From NCBI GenBank assembly GCA_964421085.1, contig CAYQVO010000002.1, forward strand, positions 91,134-155,133: a stretch of 64,000 nucleotides of DNA, in the 5' to 3' direction. Each line of letters opens with the position of its first letter. The stretch's first letter is position 1. The notes under the pieces were generated by a model. That model was given only the letters and a program-made list of their open reading frames with translations. It ran no database searches and had not been told where the DNA came from. This DNA comes from an uncultured Bdellovibrionales bacterium. GTDB lineage: Bacteria; Bdellovibrionota_C; UBA2361; CAYQVO01. Shown piece after piece: positions 18,836-27,984 of the stretch. A program made the position numbers and the translations under genes.

Positions 18836-19951
18836 TTGTTATGCAAGTTCAATCTTACTGGTTATTTTCCTATGTTCGCTTTAATACGATATTTCTCAAT
18901 ATTCATCACGATGCTTCTGGTTATTCAGGAGACGGCGCCTGCTGAGGCGCACGATATAGAGATTGGGGCAGTCCTCGGACTGACCGGCGCCGCAGCCGAC
19001 GAAGCAACCGGGCTTCAGAAGGGAATAATGCTTGCAGCAGAGGACCTGAAAGCAAAGGGCCGGAGTGTCAAAGTAATTTTTGAGGATGACCAGACAAATT
19101 CCGCGAAAACCGTGAACTCCATTGAGCGCTTGAGGGCCCGGGGAATCCGGCTTTTCATCGGTCCTACCTGGGGTTTTCAGGTGCAGGCGGCACGGCCCGT
19201 CATTGAACGCGGAGAGCTTCTTGCGATTTCGCCCGCAACATCATCAGATTTTGTCGGCGAGAGCAAATTCATTTTTCACATGTGTCCGTCGCGGCAAAGA
19301 CAGCTTTCAGTGCTTGTCCCGTGGCTGAAACAGGCTGGTGCACGAAAAGTCTTTCTGATCAACTTTGCCAACTACTGGGGGGAAGTCCACAAGAGACTCT
19401 ATAAGTCCGCACTTGAGCAGACCGGCGGCAACGTAGCCGGGGAAGCACTGATTGGATTTGGAGCCGGAATCGGCGAGTTCCAGACACTGCTTGCGAAGGT
19501 TCAGCGTGCCGGGGCAGATCTCATAATGATGACGGCGTCGGGGGGTGAATATGCGAATATGATAAAAGCCGCCAAGCGTCTTCATATGCAGACCCGGGTG
19601 CTTGTGGATGAGAATATTTTCGCTCTTTACCGCTCAGAGCCGTCACTGGCAAGGTCTGAAGGGGAAAAAATTGTCGCATTTTCGCCGGTGATAAGCCGCG
19701 ATTTCATTCGGCGATATCATGAGAGATACGGGGAGTACCCCGGCCTTCACGCCGACCGGGCCTACGATTCCTTGATGATACTCGCGGATACTGCTGCCGG
19801 AACAAACGGCGATCCTTTGAAGATCCGTGAGATATTAAAGAGCAGCTTTTCTTTCAAAGGATACTCCGGGACTGTGAGCTTCGATGAAAACGGCGACGCA
19901 ACGAGCGGCGACTACCGAATCTTCTCCGGAGTGCATCCATGGAAGGAGTAG
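18836..19951 (+). CDS. Periplasmic solute-binding protein, PBP type I (LivK-like); no transporter partner
   Basis: 371 aa. Hydrophobic N-terminus, then IEIGAVLGLTGAAADEATGLQKGIMLAAEDL...; same fold family as the protein at 16556. The start may be the internal Met at 18872. Confidence 0.75.
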   Translation: MLCKFNLTGYFPMFALIRYFSIFITMLLVIQETAPAEAHDIEIGAVLGLTGAAADEATGLQKGIMLAAEDLKAKGRSVKVIFEDDQTNSAKTVNSIERLRARGIRLFIGPTWGFQVQAARPVIERGELLAISPATSSDFVGESKFIFHMCPSRQRQLSVLVPWLKQAGARKVFLINFANYWGEVHKRLYKSALEQTGGNVAGEALIGFGAGIGEFQTLLAKVQRAGADLIMMTASGGEYANMIKAAKRLHMQTRVLVDENIFALYRSEPSLARSEGEKIVAFSPVISRDFIRRYHERYGEYPGLHADRAYDSLMILADTAAGTNGDPLKIREILKSSFSFKGYSGTVSFDENGDATSGDYRIFSGVHPWKE

Positions 19952-19974
19952 ATGCGTTCTTCTGAGCGAAGGAA

Positions 19975-21135
19975 ATGAGACACGCGGCAATCATACTTCT
20001 CGCCGTCTTTTCATTTGTGTCCATTTACTTATGGTCCATCGACTATTTCCGTTTTCAGGATTTTTCCATTTACTGGAACGCCATCCGGCTCTTTCTCGAA
20101 GGAAAAAACCCGTACGATCTCCCTCATCAGACATCTTACGTTACCGGACAGTGGGGGGCGAAGGACACCTACCATGAAATTTACAAAGCGTGGACGCATC
20201 CGTTTTCTCTGGTCATACTCCTGCCGTTCGGGCTTTTTTCTCTTCATACCGCCAAGTATATTTATCTGTTTCTGGCGGGGATAACGCTTTTTGCTTCTAA
20301 TCTCTGGTGTGCCCGCGTTTATCTTGGCGAGAGAGGGCAGCGCGACTGGTATGCCGCGATATTGGCGGTTCTCTGCATCCCCTATGGCCATCTCGCGTAC
20401 CTCTTCGCCTTCGGAGGACTCGGATGGATCCTGCTTGGAAGCGCTGTCGGCGCCCTTGCGCTTTGCACTGCAGGTTTCCCGTTTCTGGCGGGATTCTGCC
20501 TGGTGATATTGCTGCTCAAGGTGCAGGTTACTTCGCTGATACTTGCGGGATTTCTCTTCCGGGCTGTGATGCTGAAGCAGAAGCGGATTATCGCAGGGTT
20601 TGTCGCCGGATGCCTTCTTAGCATTTTGATTGTGCTGATTCTGAATCCTGCCGCGCTGCGTTACCACACCGAGCTGGATGCGTCGCTTACGCTTCGCCAC
20701 TGGTTTGCAACCGAGTCATTGAACAGGCTTTTCTATGTCTTCCTGGGCCGGTTTCAAGTGGAACTCATGACGCTGGTCTGGATCGCCGGGTTTCTGCTGA
20801 CATTGTTCGTCACAGCCCGGCTCCGCATGAGCGGCTTGTCCGGCCTCCTCGCTCTTCTCACGGGATTTTCCGTTCTCTTCAGCCCGTATGTGTGGCCTTT
20901 TGACTACATCCTCTGCGCTCCTCTTCTGTGGGCGACCGCAGGCCGCGCGAGAGAATCCGCCGCGGGTTGGAGGGGCGCAGTATGTATTGCAGCGCTTCTC
21001 TCGTTCCAGGCCGCGGGAGCGGCTGTTTTTATGGAAGGTTTTTCCCTTTATTCGCCGAGCGCGATAGCAGTCGTCATTCTGCTATCGGCGTCGAACGGCG
21101 CTGATTTTCAAGTCACCGGGCGGCGAAAGAGATAG
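19975..21135 (+). CDS. Polytopic membrane protein, DUF2029/GT87-like (putative glycosyltransferase)
   Basis: 386 aa with about 10 TM helices and the early motif ...IYWNAIRLFLEGKNPYDL..., reminiscent of the GT87/DUF2029 mannosyltransferase-like family. Assignment is tentative. Confidence 0.4.
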   Translation: MRHAAIILLAVFSFVSIYLWSIDYFRFQDFSIYWNAIRLFLEGKNPYDLPHQTSYVTGQWGAKDTYHEIYKAWTHPFSLVILLPFGLFSLHTAKYIYLFLAGITLFASNLWCARVYLGERGQRDWYAAILAVLCIPYGHLAYLFAFGGLGWILLGSAVGALALCTAGFPFLAGFCLVILLLKVQVTSLILAGFLFRAVMLKQKRIIAGFVAGCLLSILIVLILNPAALRYHTELDASLTLRHWFATESLNRLFYVFLGRFQVELMTLVWIAGFLLTLFVTARLRMSGLSGLLALLTGFSVLFSPYVWPFDYILCAPLLWATAGRARESAAGWRGAVCIAALLSFQAAGAAVFMEGFSLYSPSAIAVVILLSASNGADFQVTGRRKR

Positions 21136-21169
21136 AAACATCGATGCTTTTCTGTTATTTGTTTTAACT

Positions 21170-21862
21170 ATGAAAATAAGCGCACTTCTTTCCGCATCTT
21201 TGTTCATCATGCTTTCCGGCTGCGTAAACGACGCGCAGATCATCGACACTATCGCGAATGATATCGAAGCCACCTCCGGACTCGGGACGCACCAGGTGAG
21301 GGTAGGTTCAACGAATGGAATCGTAACCCTCGATGGTTTTGTGCCAAGTGAGGCGAATCGAAAGGAAGTCGAACGGGTCGCGCTCCGGGCGGAAGGTGTG
21401 AGCGAGGTCAAAAACAGGCTCGAGGTGAGGCAGTCTTCGGCTGCTGGAGCGACAGGCGACGTCTGTACGCGGGTGACCGAAACGCTTTCGGCTCAAGGCG
21501 GGAGAATTACGGCAAAGTGCGACGGCGGTCAGGTAATACTTCGCGGCGCCGTCACCTCGGAGGATGCAGCGAGGAAGGCGGGTCGCGCTGCATCGGGAAC
21601 TCCAGGGGTAAAAAGCGTGATTAACCTCCTCACTTCGCCGGCCCCACTTTCCGACAAGGTTCTTGATCAGAGAGTGCAGCGCGCAATAGAGACTGTGAAT
21701 GAGTTCAATGTTTCTCATTATGTTCAGAATGGCGTCGTGTACTTTACGGGATTTGTTTCGTCCCGTGAAAAGATGGATCCTGTGATTTCCGCAGCCCGTA
21801 TGGTCGACGGCGTACGGGACGTAAAGAACAACACGCAGATCGAAGGGAAGGGGAATTTCTGA
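21170..21862 (+). CDS. BON-domain lipoprotein (OsmY-like) with three BON domains
   Basis: Lipoprotein signal MKISALLSASLFIMLSGC. Three repeats of the BON pattern (GIVTLDGFVPSEANRKEVERVALRAEGVSEVKNRLEV, GQVILRGAVTSEDAARKAGRAASGTPGVKSVINLL and GVVYFTGFVSSREKMDPVISAARMVDGVRDVKNNTQI). Confidence 0.75.
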   Translation: MKISALLSASLFIMLSGCVNDAQIIDTIANDIEATSGLGTHQVRVGSTNGIVTLDGFVPSEANRKEVERVALRAEGVSEVKNRLEVRQSSAAGATGDVCTRVTETLSAQGGRITAKCDGGQVILRGAVTSEDAARKAGRAASGTPGVKSVINLLTSPAPLSDKVLDQRVQRAIETVNEFNVSHYVQNGVVYFTGFVSSREKMDPVISAARMVDGVRDVKNNTQIEGKGNF

Positions 21863-22172
21863 AGAAGCCTCTTCTTCTCGAATCTCCTCCGAGGGTCTCA
21901 GGAAAAAACGTCTCTTCATAGAACTCTTTTTTTGCGGTCATTGCCGTCCTGATGACAGCGAGCGCATCATTGCGCGAAAAGAAGCCGACGATTATTCGGG
22001 CGGCGCCTCCAATCTGTGGAATCCGCCATGGACGTTCATTCCGCTGATACCTTTATCGCAGCTCAGCTTTAAAAGCGAAGCTTTTGACTTCCGGGTTGCC
22101 GGCGCTCCAAAGGCGTCGTCGAGGGTATGAGCATTAAACCGTAAGCGACGGAAACTTCTTCGTTATCTGATT

Positions 22173-23018
22173 TTACGCCGCAAAGATCCCCAGTTGTTTC
22201 GGCCCGTGTCTTTCGAAAGCGGGAGGATCGAGTTTTTCCGGAGCAAGTTTCCGCACTGCCGAAATGAGATGGCGCGCAGAATCAGGTCGCAGCCAGTGGA
22301 ACCTGAACTGCCGCGCAAGCTGACGCGCGATATGAGACGCGCGCATTTTTTTCTCAACGGGTTCTGAACAGTCTGCAAGAGGCCTAATATAAATTCTGTC
22401 TGCGTTTTCCGCGAGCAGTTCAGCGAAAGAAGGCGCGTCCTGCACCCAGTCCCCGTACGGAAGGAGAGGGGCAGCCTGAAGAGTCACCGGAATCCCAAGT
22501 TTGCGGAGAGTCCGAACGGCTCTCAGCCGTTCTTCAATCCGCGGCAGACCTGGAGTGTATTTTGCGACACTCTCCTCGAGGGGAGTCTCGAGTCCTATTG
22601 TGACAGATGCATGAGAAGCGAGGCGTTTCAGAACCGGCACTGCAAGCACTATGAGGGGGCTTCTTGTCTGAACGACAAGCCTTGCGGGTGTGTAACGGGA
22701 AAAGAGATCGAGGAATCTCATGCTCGCGTCAAATCCTCCTTCAAATGGATGAAAAGGATCGCGTGTGACTCCGAAGTAAATGTATATCTCTCTGAGATTA
22801 CCCTGCCTCGAGAGGCGGAGCATATGGTTTTCGAGCTGTGTTAGGGGCGCCTTTCTGTTCAAAAGGTAGCGGCTTCTCAGCTGCGGAACGGCCCCCTCAT
22901 CGTTCAACCGCAGATGAAAGTGCTCTCTCGCGTCGGTTTCAGGAGCAAGTCGATGCGCGCCAACAGCCACTCCATCGGCAAATGAATCGACAGTGTAAAT
23001 GATGCGGGCCTCGTTCAT
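22173..23018 (-). CDS. Hypothetical protein
   Basis: 281 aa, soluble, with no motif I can name. Rich in Arg and Leu. No radical-SAM CxxxCxxC motif despite a faint resemblance to photolyase-like TIM barrels. Confidence 0.35.
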   Translation of the reverse strand: MNEARIIYTVDSFADGVAVGAHRLAPETDAREHFHLRLNDEGAVPQLRSRYLLNRKAPLTQLENHMLRLSRQGNLREIYIYFGVTRDPFHPFEGGFDASMRFLDLFSRYTPARLVVQTRSPLIVLAVPVLKRLASHASVTIGLETPLEESVAKYTPGLPRIEERLRAVRTLRKLGIPVTLQAAPLLPYGDWVQDAPSFAELLAENADRIYIRPLADCSEPVEKKMRASHIARQLARQFRFHWLRPDSARHLISAVRKLAPEKLDPPAFERHGPKQLGIFAA

Positions 23019-23164
23019 TTCGTCTCCGTTACGCAGGTTTAAACTGTTTGAAGTAATAAGCCGGAGCCTTCAGCCGTTCAATGATCCGGATCACTTTAAG
23101 AGGTGCTTTTGGGGGCCCTTTAAAAGGGCTTATATCCGCAATCGGGGGTTTTCCGGAGGGGCGG

Positions 23165-23192
23165 GCTTTATATGAAAAAACTTTCTAAAAGC
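23165..23192 (+). repeat. Intergenic repeat family, copy B (GCTTTATATGAAAAAACTTTCTAAAAGC)
   Basis: Matches 15964..15991 at 26 of 28 positions. Carries a 13-codon mini-ORF MKKLSKSDAFHNP* (23172..23213). Preceded by the palindrome gccctttaaaagggc (about 23113..23127). Confidence 0.6.
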
Positions 23193-23258
23193 GATGCTTT
23201 CCACAATCCCTGATAAGCTGCGAAAATAAACCGGTCGTATCAGAAAGGGCAGAGTACT

Positions 23259-24275
23259 ATGGGCAGGTGGATAAATCGCGGACGTCATGATTCATGGGGG
23301 ATGCACAGAGCTGCTGAGAAAACCGAACCGCTTTCGATTTCGTGGCGGGCGGTCATGGCCGGAGCGATTCTCGTCCTGCTTGCCCTGGAAGTGGTCTGGT
23401 ACTTTGTGCTGCCGAAAAAAAGTGAATATGAGTCCACTCAGAACAAGCTTGCGGTTGGACAGGAGGCAAAGGCCGTCAGTCTGAACATCCCCATTTACCG
23501 GGCAGCGGGACCGGTCACGGCGAGTGTCCGCGAGCTTCAGCGCATCAGAAGAGATGTCGCGAAAAAGCACGATGCCCTCCTTTCGAAGCCGTACCGGAAT
23601 TTCGATCTGCTTTTTATCAGCGCGGTCAGCGGTAAACCCTGGTGGTCGGTTGAAGGATATTATTTTACCGGCAAATCGCAGACCGTCACCCCGGGAACTC
23701 CGGCGGAACTTCTCGGGATAGCGAATCCTTTTCTGCTTGTGGTGCCCGACTTCACCGGTCTCTCAATCCGGGGAAGGCTGGTCTGGGACGCGGCGAAAAT
23801 CAATCCCGATGTCCTTGCATCTCCGGAATTTCCGTTCCGCCCCGAGCCTCATGCTCTCGAATGGTTTCCGGGTCATGCGCGCGCCGAGGTCAAGTACAGC
23901 GTGTCGCACTACATTGACATGGTAAATCGATGGGCAAAGGCGCCTCTTACTGAAGCGGATATCCGCTTTGACGCTGTCACGTATAACGCGATGGAGTTCG
24001 GCTACCGGTACGCGGGCGTTCTGCTGAACGAGTCTTCGAATATCCAGCTCGAAACGGCCCCGTCACCTCCGGCGCCTGTGCTGATGACATATATCAACTC
24101 TCGCGATGCATGCGGAAATCCGGAAGGGTGCAACGTGAGAGCCGCCCTCCCGCGGGGGCTGGTCAATATTCGTGCCGCATATCTTCCGGCCCTTGCTGTG
24201 TTTGGACTTTGGAAGGAAAAACCGGAATCTTCAGAGGTGAAACCGGATCTCCGTTTTGCTATAATAATAAAGTAG
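23259..24275 (+). CDS. Membrane-anchored hypothetical protein
   Basis: 338 aa with a single N-terminal TM helix (MAGAILVLLALEVVWYFVL) and a large extracytoplasmic domain with no recognisable motif. Confidence 0.4.
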   Translation: MGRWINRGRHDSWGMHRAAEKTEPLSISWRAVMAGAILVLLALEVVWYFVLPKKSEYESTQNKLAVGQEAKAVSLNIPIYRAAGPVTASVRELQRIRRDVAKKHDALLSKPYRNFDLLFISAVSGKPWWSVEGYYFTGKSQTVTPGTPAELLGIANPFLLVVPDFTGLSIRGRLVWDAAKINPDVLASPEFPFRPEPHALEWFPGHARAEVKYSVSHYIDMVNRWAKAPLTEADIRFDAVTYNAMEFGYRYAGVLLNESSNIQLETAPSPPAPVLMTYINSRDACGNPEGCNVRAALPRGLVNIRAAYLPALAVFGLWKEKPESSEVKPDLRFAIIIK

Positions 24276-24297
24276 GTTTAATAAGGAGGCAGGCGGC

Positions 24298-24567
24298 ATG
24301 TCGGGCAGGCGAAAGGGCGAAAGCGGTGCGAGTCTTATGGAATACGTTATTCTCCTCAGTTTTGTCGCCATGGCTGTTATTCCCGTAGTCAAGTATTTTG
24401 GTCTTCGTGGGGCGTGCAGAGAATGTGTGAACGCCTGCGCGATTTCGCCTCCGCCCGAAAACGTGGATACGTGGCTGAACCCGGCACACCGGCAGTCCGT
24501 CATAGATGGCTGCGCTTCCGGGTCCTACTCTGTTGAAGCCCTCTGCGGTTCGTGCAGCACCGGGTAA
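24298..24567 (+). CDS. Small Flp/Fap-pilin-like protein with a Cys-rich C-terminal extension
   Basis: 89 aa. The N-terminus, MSGRRKGESG|ASLMEYVILLSFVAMAVIPV, fits the Flp prepilin motif G/xxxxEY followed by a hydrophobic helix. The C-terminal 50 residues carry 7 Cys (GACRECVNACAISPP...DGCASGSYSVEALCGSCSTG). RBS AAGGAGG at about 24283. Confidence 0.45.
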   Translation: MSGRRKGESGASLMEYVILLSFVAMAVIPVVKYFGLRGACRECVNACAISPPPENVDTWLNPAHRQSVIDGCASGSYSVEALCGSCSTG

Positions 24568-24987
24568 CGGGGTGTCACATCGGGGTTGAAGCAGGCGTCA
24601 GACCTCTCAGAGTTTTCATTTCAAAATTTTCCGGCGGGCTGGAACCCCCTTTCCATTTTTCCACGAGAAAAAATAATCGCGGCATAAACGGCAACGAGAA
24701 AAATAGAGGCAAGGCCGTTGAGAAGCATAGAGAGGAGGCGGCCGTCCGCGGCAGCGGACGATACCGGCGCCGCTGTAAGTCGTGACAGTAAATCCATTAA
24801 AGGGCTCAATTAGTTCAGGGACAGGCGGCGAATGACGCCGATCCCCCGGAGGAAGCCGGAGGATTGGCCGGCAGGTTATTTTCGCGTTTTTTGGGGTGCT
24901 TATGACGGCAAAAGGGCATGGCAAGGGTGGGTGAACAGGCCGCCGTCATGCTCCGAATCGCCCCCGGATCATTTCCCATCATAAATA

Positions 24988-25758
24988 ATGCAGAGATCAA
25001 CTGCAGATGAAGTTGAAGTATTGAAAATGAGACAGCTTGTGGAGGATAGAGACATCACCATCGAGGCAGGCGCGTCTGTTCAGGAAGCGGATGCAGACCA
25101 TGTCGATATGCTGCTCCTTGGAGAGCTCAGCGGGAAGCTTTCTCCGGAACGCATCTATCCGTCGTCGATTGAAGGCAGGTGTGCGGATGAAAACGTCGAA
25201 CGTCACATTGCGCGTTACAGGTTCGCCGCGGAATTTATCGGCGAGGGTGATGTTGTGCTCGATGCGGGATGTGGAGCGGGGTATGGTTCCGCGATAATCG
25301 CAGCAAAGGCAGGATCAGTAATCGGTGTCGACATATCCGGCGAGGCTGTGGGTTTTGCCCTCGCGACATATCAGAGAAAGAACGTAACTTTTTTGTGCGA
25401 AGATCTGGCCAGGTTCACACGTAAAGACGGAGAGTTCGACGGTGTAGCATGCATCGAAACATTGGAACATCTCGCACCGGAATTGTGCAGGAGTTTCATG
25501 AGAGCAGTCCGGCGATTGCTCAAACCCGGGGGGGTTCTAATAGCGTCATCTCCCATGCTGCGTTACAAAAACGGAAAGCCTTTCATCACGAATCCTCACC
25601 ACATCAACGAAATGCCAAGAGATGCGCTCCTGAGATTTTTCGTCGAAACTCTCCCGGGTTTTGGGTTTCAGTTCTTTCACCAGAAACAGAACGTTTTCAC
25701 GCCTCTTCTCGATGAGAACACAGGGTTTTGTGTCGTCGTGGCGCGGAAGGAAGGATGA
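24988..25758 (+). CDS. Class I SAM-dependent methyltransferase
   Basis: SAM-binding motif VVLDAGCGAGYGSAIIA, then motif II/III (DGVACIETLEHL, LKPGGVLIASSP). 256 aa. Confidence 0.8.
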   Translation: MQRSTADEVEVLKMRQLVEDRDITIEAGASVQEADADHVDMLLLGELSGKLSPERIYPSSIEGRCADENVERHIARYRFAAEFIGEGDVVLDAGCGAGYGSAIIAAKAGSVIGVDISGEAVGFALATYQRKNVTFLCEDLARFTRKDGEFDGVACIETLEHLAPELCRSFMRAVRRLLKPGGVLIASSPMLRYKNGKPFITNPHHINEMPRDALLRFFVETLPGFGFQFFHQKQNVFTPLLDENTGFCVVVARKEG

Positions 25759-26648
25759 TGCCGCCCGATCCCGGTAAAACAATCGCGGATAATCTGCAAC
25801 GGGTAGATGAACTAGTGGAAGGCAGCCTCCGGATTCTCGACGGTTATCCGCTCTTCAGCTGGCTGGAGATCACAGCGACGGATTCGTGCAATCGACGGTG
25901 CGTATTCTGTCCGCATCCGGCAGCTCAGTCAAAGGCCGGCCACTTCATGGCAAAAGCATTGTATGAAAAAATAGCGGTTGAGCTCGAGGCGGTGGGATAC
26001 TGTGGAACTGTGATGCTGGCAGGATACGGAGAACCCCTTCTTTCACGGAATATAGTGGACATGACACGTGTCTTTGCCGGAATCTGCAACACTGAAATCA
26101 CAACCAACGGCGATCCCCTGACACCGCGGTTGATCACGGAACTGATGAACGCCGGAGCTTCGAGGCTCATCGTCAGCCTTTACGACGGCCCCCATCAAAT
26201 CGAGAAATTCTCCTCTATGTTCGCGGAGGCAGGGGCCCCGTCCGTGTTCTACGTTCTGAGAGACCGATGGTATCCGGCGGAAAAAGATTTCGGTCTCAAA
26301 CTGACCAACCGCGCAGGGACCGTTTCTGCCGGGAATCAACCCCCTGTCGATGAGAGCCGGGCATGCTTTTACCCGCACTATATGATGATGGTAAACTGGG
26401 AGGGCAGTGTGTACCTGTGCACTCAGGACTGGAACCGGAAGCAAGCCTGCGGAAACCTCACGACAAGCTCGCTTCTGGAGGTATGGACGTCTCCGCCTTT
26501 CAGGAAATACCGGACGCTTCTTGCAGATGGGCGGCGCGCAATCGAGCCTTGTTCAGAGTGCAACGCTGATGGAATGATGCACGGGAGGAATCATGCGCGC
26601 GGATGGGGGATTTTTTACGGGAAAATGCCGGCGAATGAACCACGATAA
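25728..26648 (+). CDS. Radical SAM enzyme with C-terminal SPASM/twitch domain
   Basis: CxxxCxxC cluster motif (TDSCNRRCVFCPHP), GGEP-like motif (GYGEPLL), and a C-terminal auxiliary-cluster cysteine pattern (CFYP...YLCTQDW...ACGNL...EPCSECN). Overlaps the upstream methyltransferase and the downstream aminotransferase, so they are translationally coupled. Confidence 0.8.
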   Translation: MCRRGAEGRMMPPDPGKTIADNLQRVDELVEGSLRILDGYPLFSWLEITATDSCNRRCVFCPHPAAQSKAGHFMAKALYEKIAVELEAVGYCGTVMLAGYGEPLLSRNIVDMTRVFAGICNTEITTNGDPLTPRLITELMNAGASRLIVSLYDGPHQIEKFSSMFAEAGAPSVFYVLRDRWYPAEKDFGLKLTNRAGTVSAGNQPPVDESRACFYPHYMMMVNWEGSVYLCTQDWNRKQACGNLTTSSLLEVWTSPPFRKYRTLLADGRRAIEPCSECNADGMMHGRNHARGWGIFYGKMPANEPR

Positions 26649-27984
26649 ATTGAAAGATCCATCTCCTCCTGCCTCACTCACGCGGGATCTGATGGAATCC
26701 ATGCCCGATAGAATCCTGAATGAGAGCTACGGGAAGGCGCCCGGTTCCCTCTATATCCGCAGCGCATCCGGATGTTTTATCGAAGATATCGACGGCAGGC
26801 AGTACATCGACATGGCGCTTGGAGGTGGTACCGCGATTCTTGGACATGCCGGTGCCTGTGTCACGGATCGTATCATTTCCCGGATTAAGTCCGGCGCCAT
26901 TTACGCAGTCCCAAATCCCATCGCGCATCAGTATGGCGAAGTTCTGCATGAAGCGATGCCCTGGTTCTCGCATTTCGCTTTCTGCAGCACCGGGTCGGAG
27001 GCGACGATGCGGGCTGTCCGCATTGCAAGGGCCTTTAACGGCAGGCGGAAGATTGGACTGTTCAGCGGCGGCTGGCATGGTTCGCACGATATGGTTCTTG
27101 TGGAGGAGGATTATTCGGGGCCGGAAGCAGAGCCGCGGATGGTTCTGAAATCAGCAGGCACGCCGGAGGAGATCAAAGATCTCATCGTCTTCCTTCCTTA
27201 CAACCATCCTGACGCGTTCGAGCTGATTCGAAAAAATCGATCCGAACTCGCAATGATCATGATTGAGCCGTCCCAGGGATCCAACCCACGGGATGACGTC
27301 GTTCAGTTTCTTCGCGATCTGAGGAAGGTGACGGAGGAAACTGACATACTGCTCTGCTTCGATGAGATCATAACGGGCGGGAGGCTCGCCCTGGGCGGAG
27401 CTCAGGAACTGTACGGGATTCATGCGGATCTCGCGACTTACGGAAAGGTGCTTGGGGGAGGTCTTCCAATAGGAATCGTCGGTGGAAGAGAGGAGGTAAT
27501 GCGTGTCATTCGACCCTCCGCCGCGGAGAATCGCACTCCTGTGTTTCTTGGAGGGACTTTTTCCGCAAATCCGCTCTCTGTTGCGGCAGGGATGGAGGTG
27601 ATGAGGTATCTCCGGGAAAATGAAGCGGTCATCTATCCGTGTTTGAATGAGAACGGAGCTTTGTTGAAGAACGGTGTGAACGAATTCTGCGAAGCACGAA
27701 ATATTCCCGCATATATGACCGGAGCCGGATCGATGCTTCGGCTCGTTTTCAGCAGCCGCTCCGTCAGGTCCCGCCGTGAACGGGATTTTGCCGAAGTAAA
27801 TCCGGAGGTGCAGAAAGAATTTTATGCATCGCTTCTCGCATCGGGCGTGCATGTGGGAACGAACCGGCTTAATTTTCTCTCGATTTGTCATGATCAGACG
27901 ATTATACGGAAGGTGCTGGACTCGTATACGGAAAGCCTCGATAAATTCACCGTGGCGGGGAGATTCCGGAGATCTGCGGAATGA
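26635..27984 (+). CDS. Class-III (PLP, fold type I) aminotransferase, glutamate-1-semialdehyde aminomutase-like
   Basis: Motifs GSEATMRAVRIARAFNGRRKI and DEIITGGRLALGGAQELYGIHADLATYGKVLGGGLPIGIVGGREEVM (PLP lysine region). The start is uncertain (26593, 26635 or 26695). Confidence 0.8.
   Translation: MNHDKLKDPSPPASLTRDLMESMPDRILNESYGKAPGSLYIRSASGCFIEDIDGRQYIDMALGGGTAILGHAGACVTDRIISRIKSGAIYAVPNPIAHQYGEVLHEAMPWFSHFAFCSTGSEATMRAVRIARAFNGRRKIGLFSGGWHGSHDMVLVEEDYSGPEAEPRMVLKSAGTPEEIKDLIVFLPYNHPDAFELIRKNRSELAMIMIEPSQGSNPRDDVVQFLRDLRKVTEETDILLCFDEIITGGRLALGGAQELYGIHADLATYGKVLGGGLPIGIVGGREEVMRVIRPSAAENRTPVFLGGTFSANPLSVAAGMEVMRYLRENEAVIYPCLNENGALLKNGVNEFCEARNIPAYMTGAGSMLRLVFSSRSVRSRRERDFAEVNPEVQKEFYASLLASGVHVGTNRLNFLSICHDQTIIRKVLDSYTESLDKFTVAGRFRRSAE

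Noticed and set aside
20029-20700. 223-aa minus-strand ORF overlapping the GT87-like membrane protein gene
   Set aside because: Antisense to a polytopic membrane protein with clear hydropathy periodicity. Its own translation is Arg/Gln/Lys-rich with no motifs.
22173-23018. Possible SPL/photolyase-type radical-SAM assignment for the 281-aa protein
   Set aside because: There is no CxxxCxxC motif anywhere in the ORF or in its upstream in-frame extension. It is left as hypothetical.
24552-24809. Two small ORFs (77 aa on the plus strand, 62 aa on the minus strand) in the 420-bp gap between the Flp-like gene and the methyltransferase
   Set aside because: They overlap each other on opposite strands. 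The minus-strand one has a hydrophobic stretch but no RBS I could identify, so there is insufficient evidence to call either. The gap may simply hold the promoter of the methyltransferase operon.
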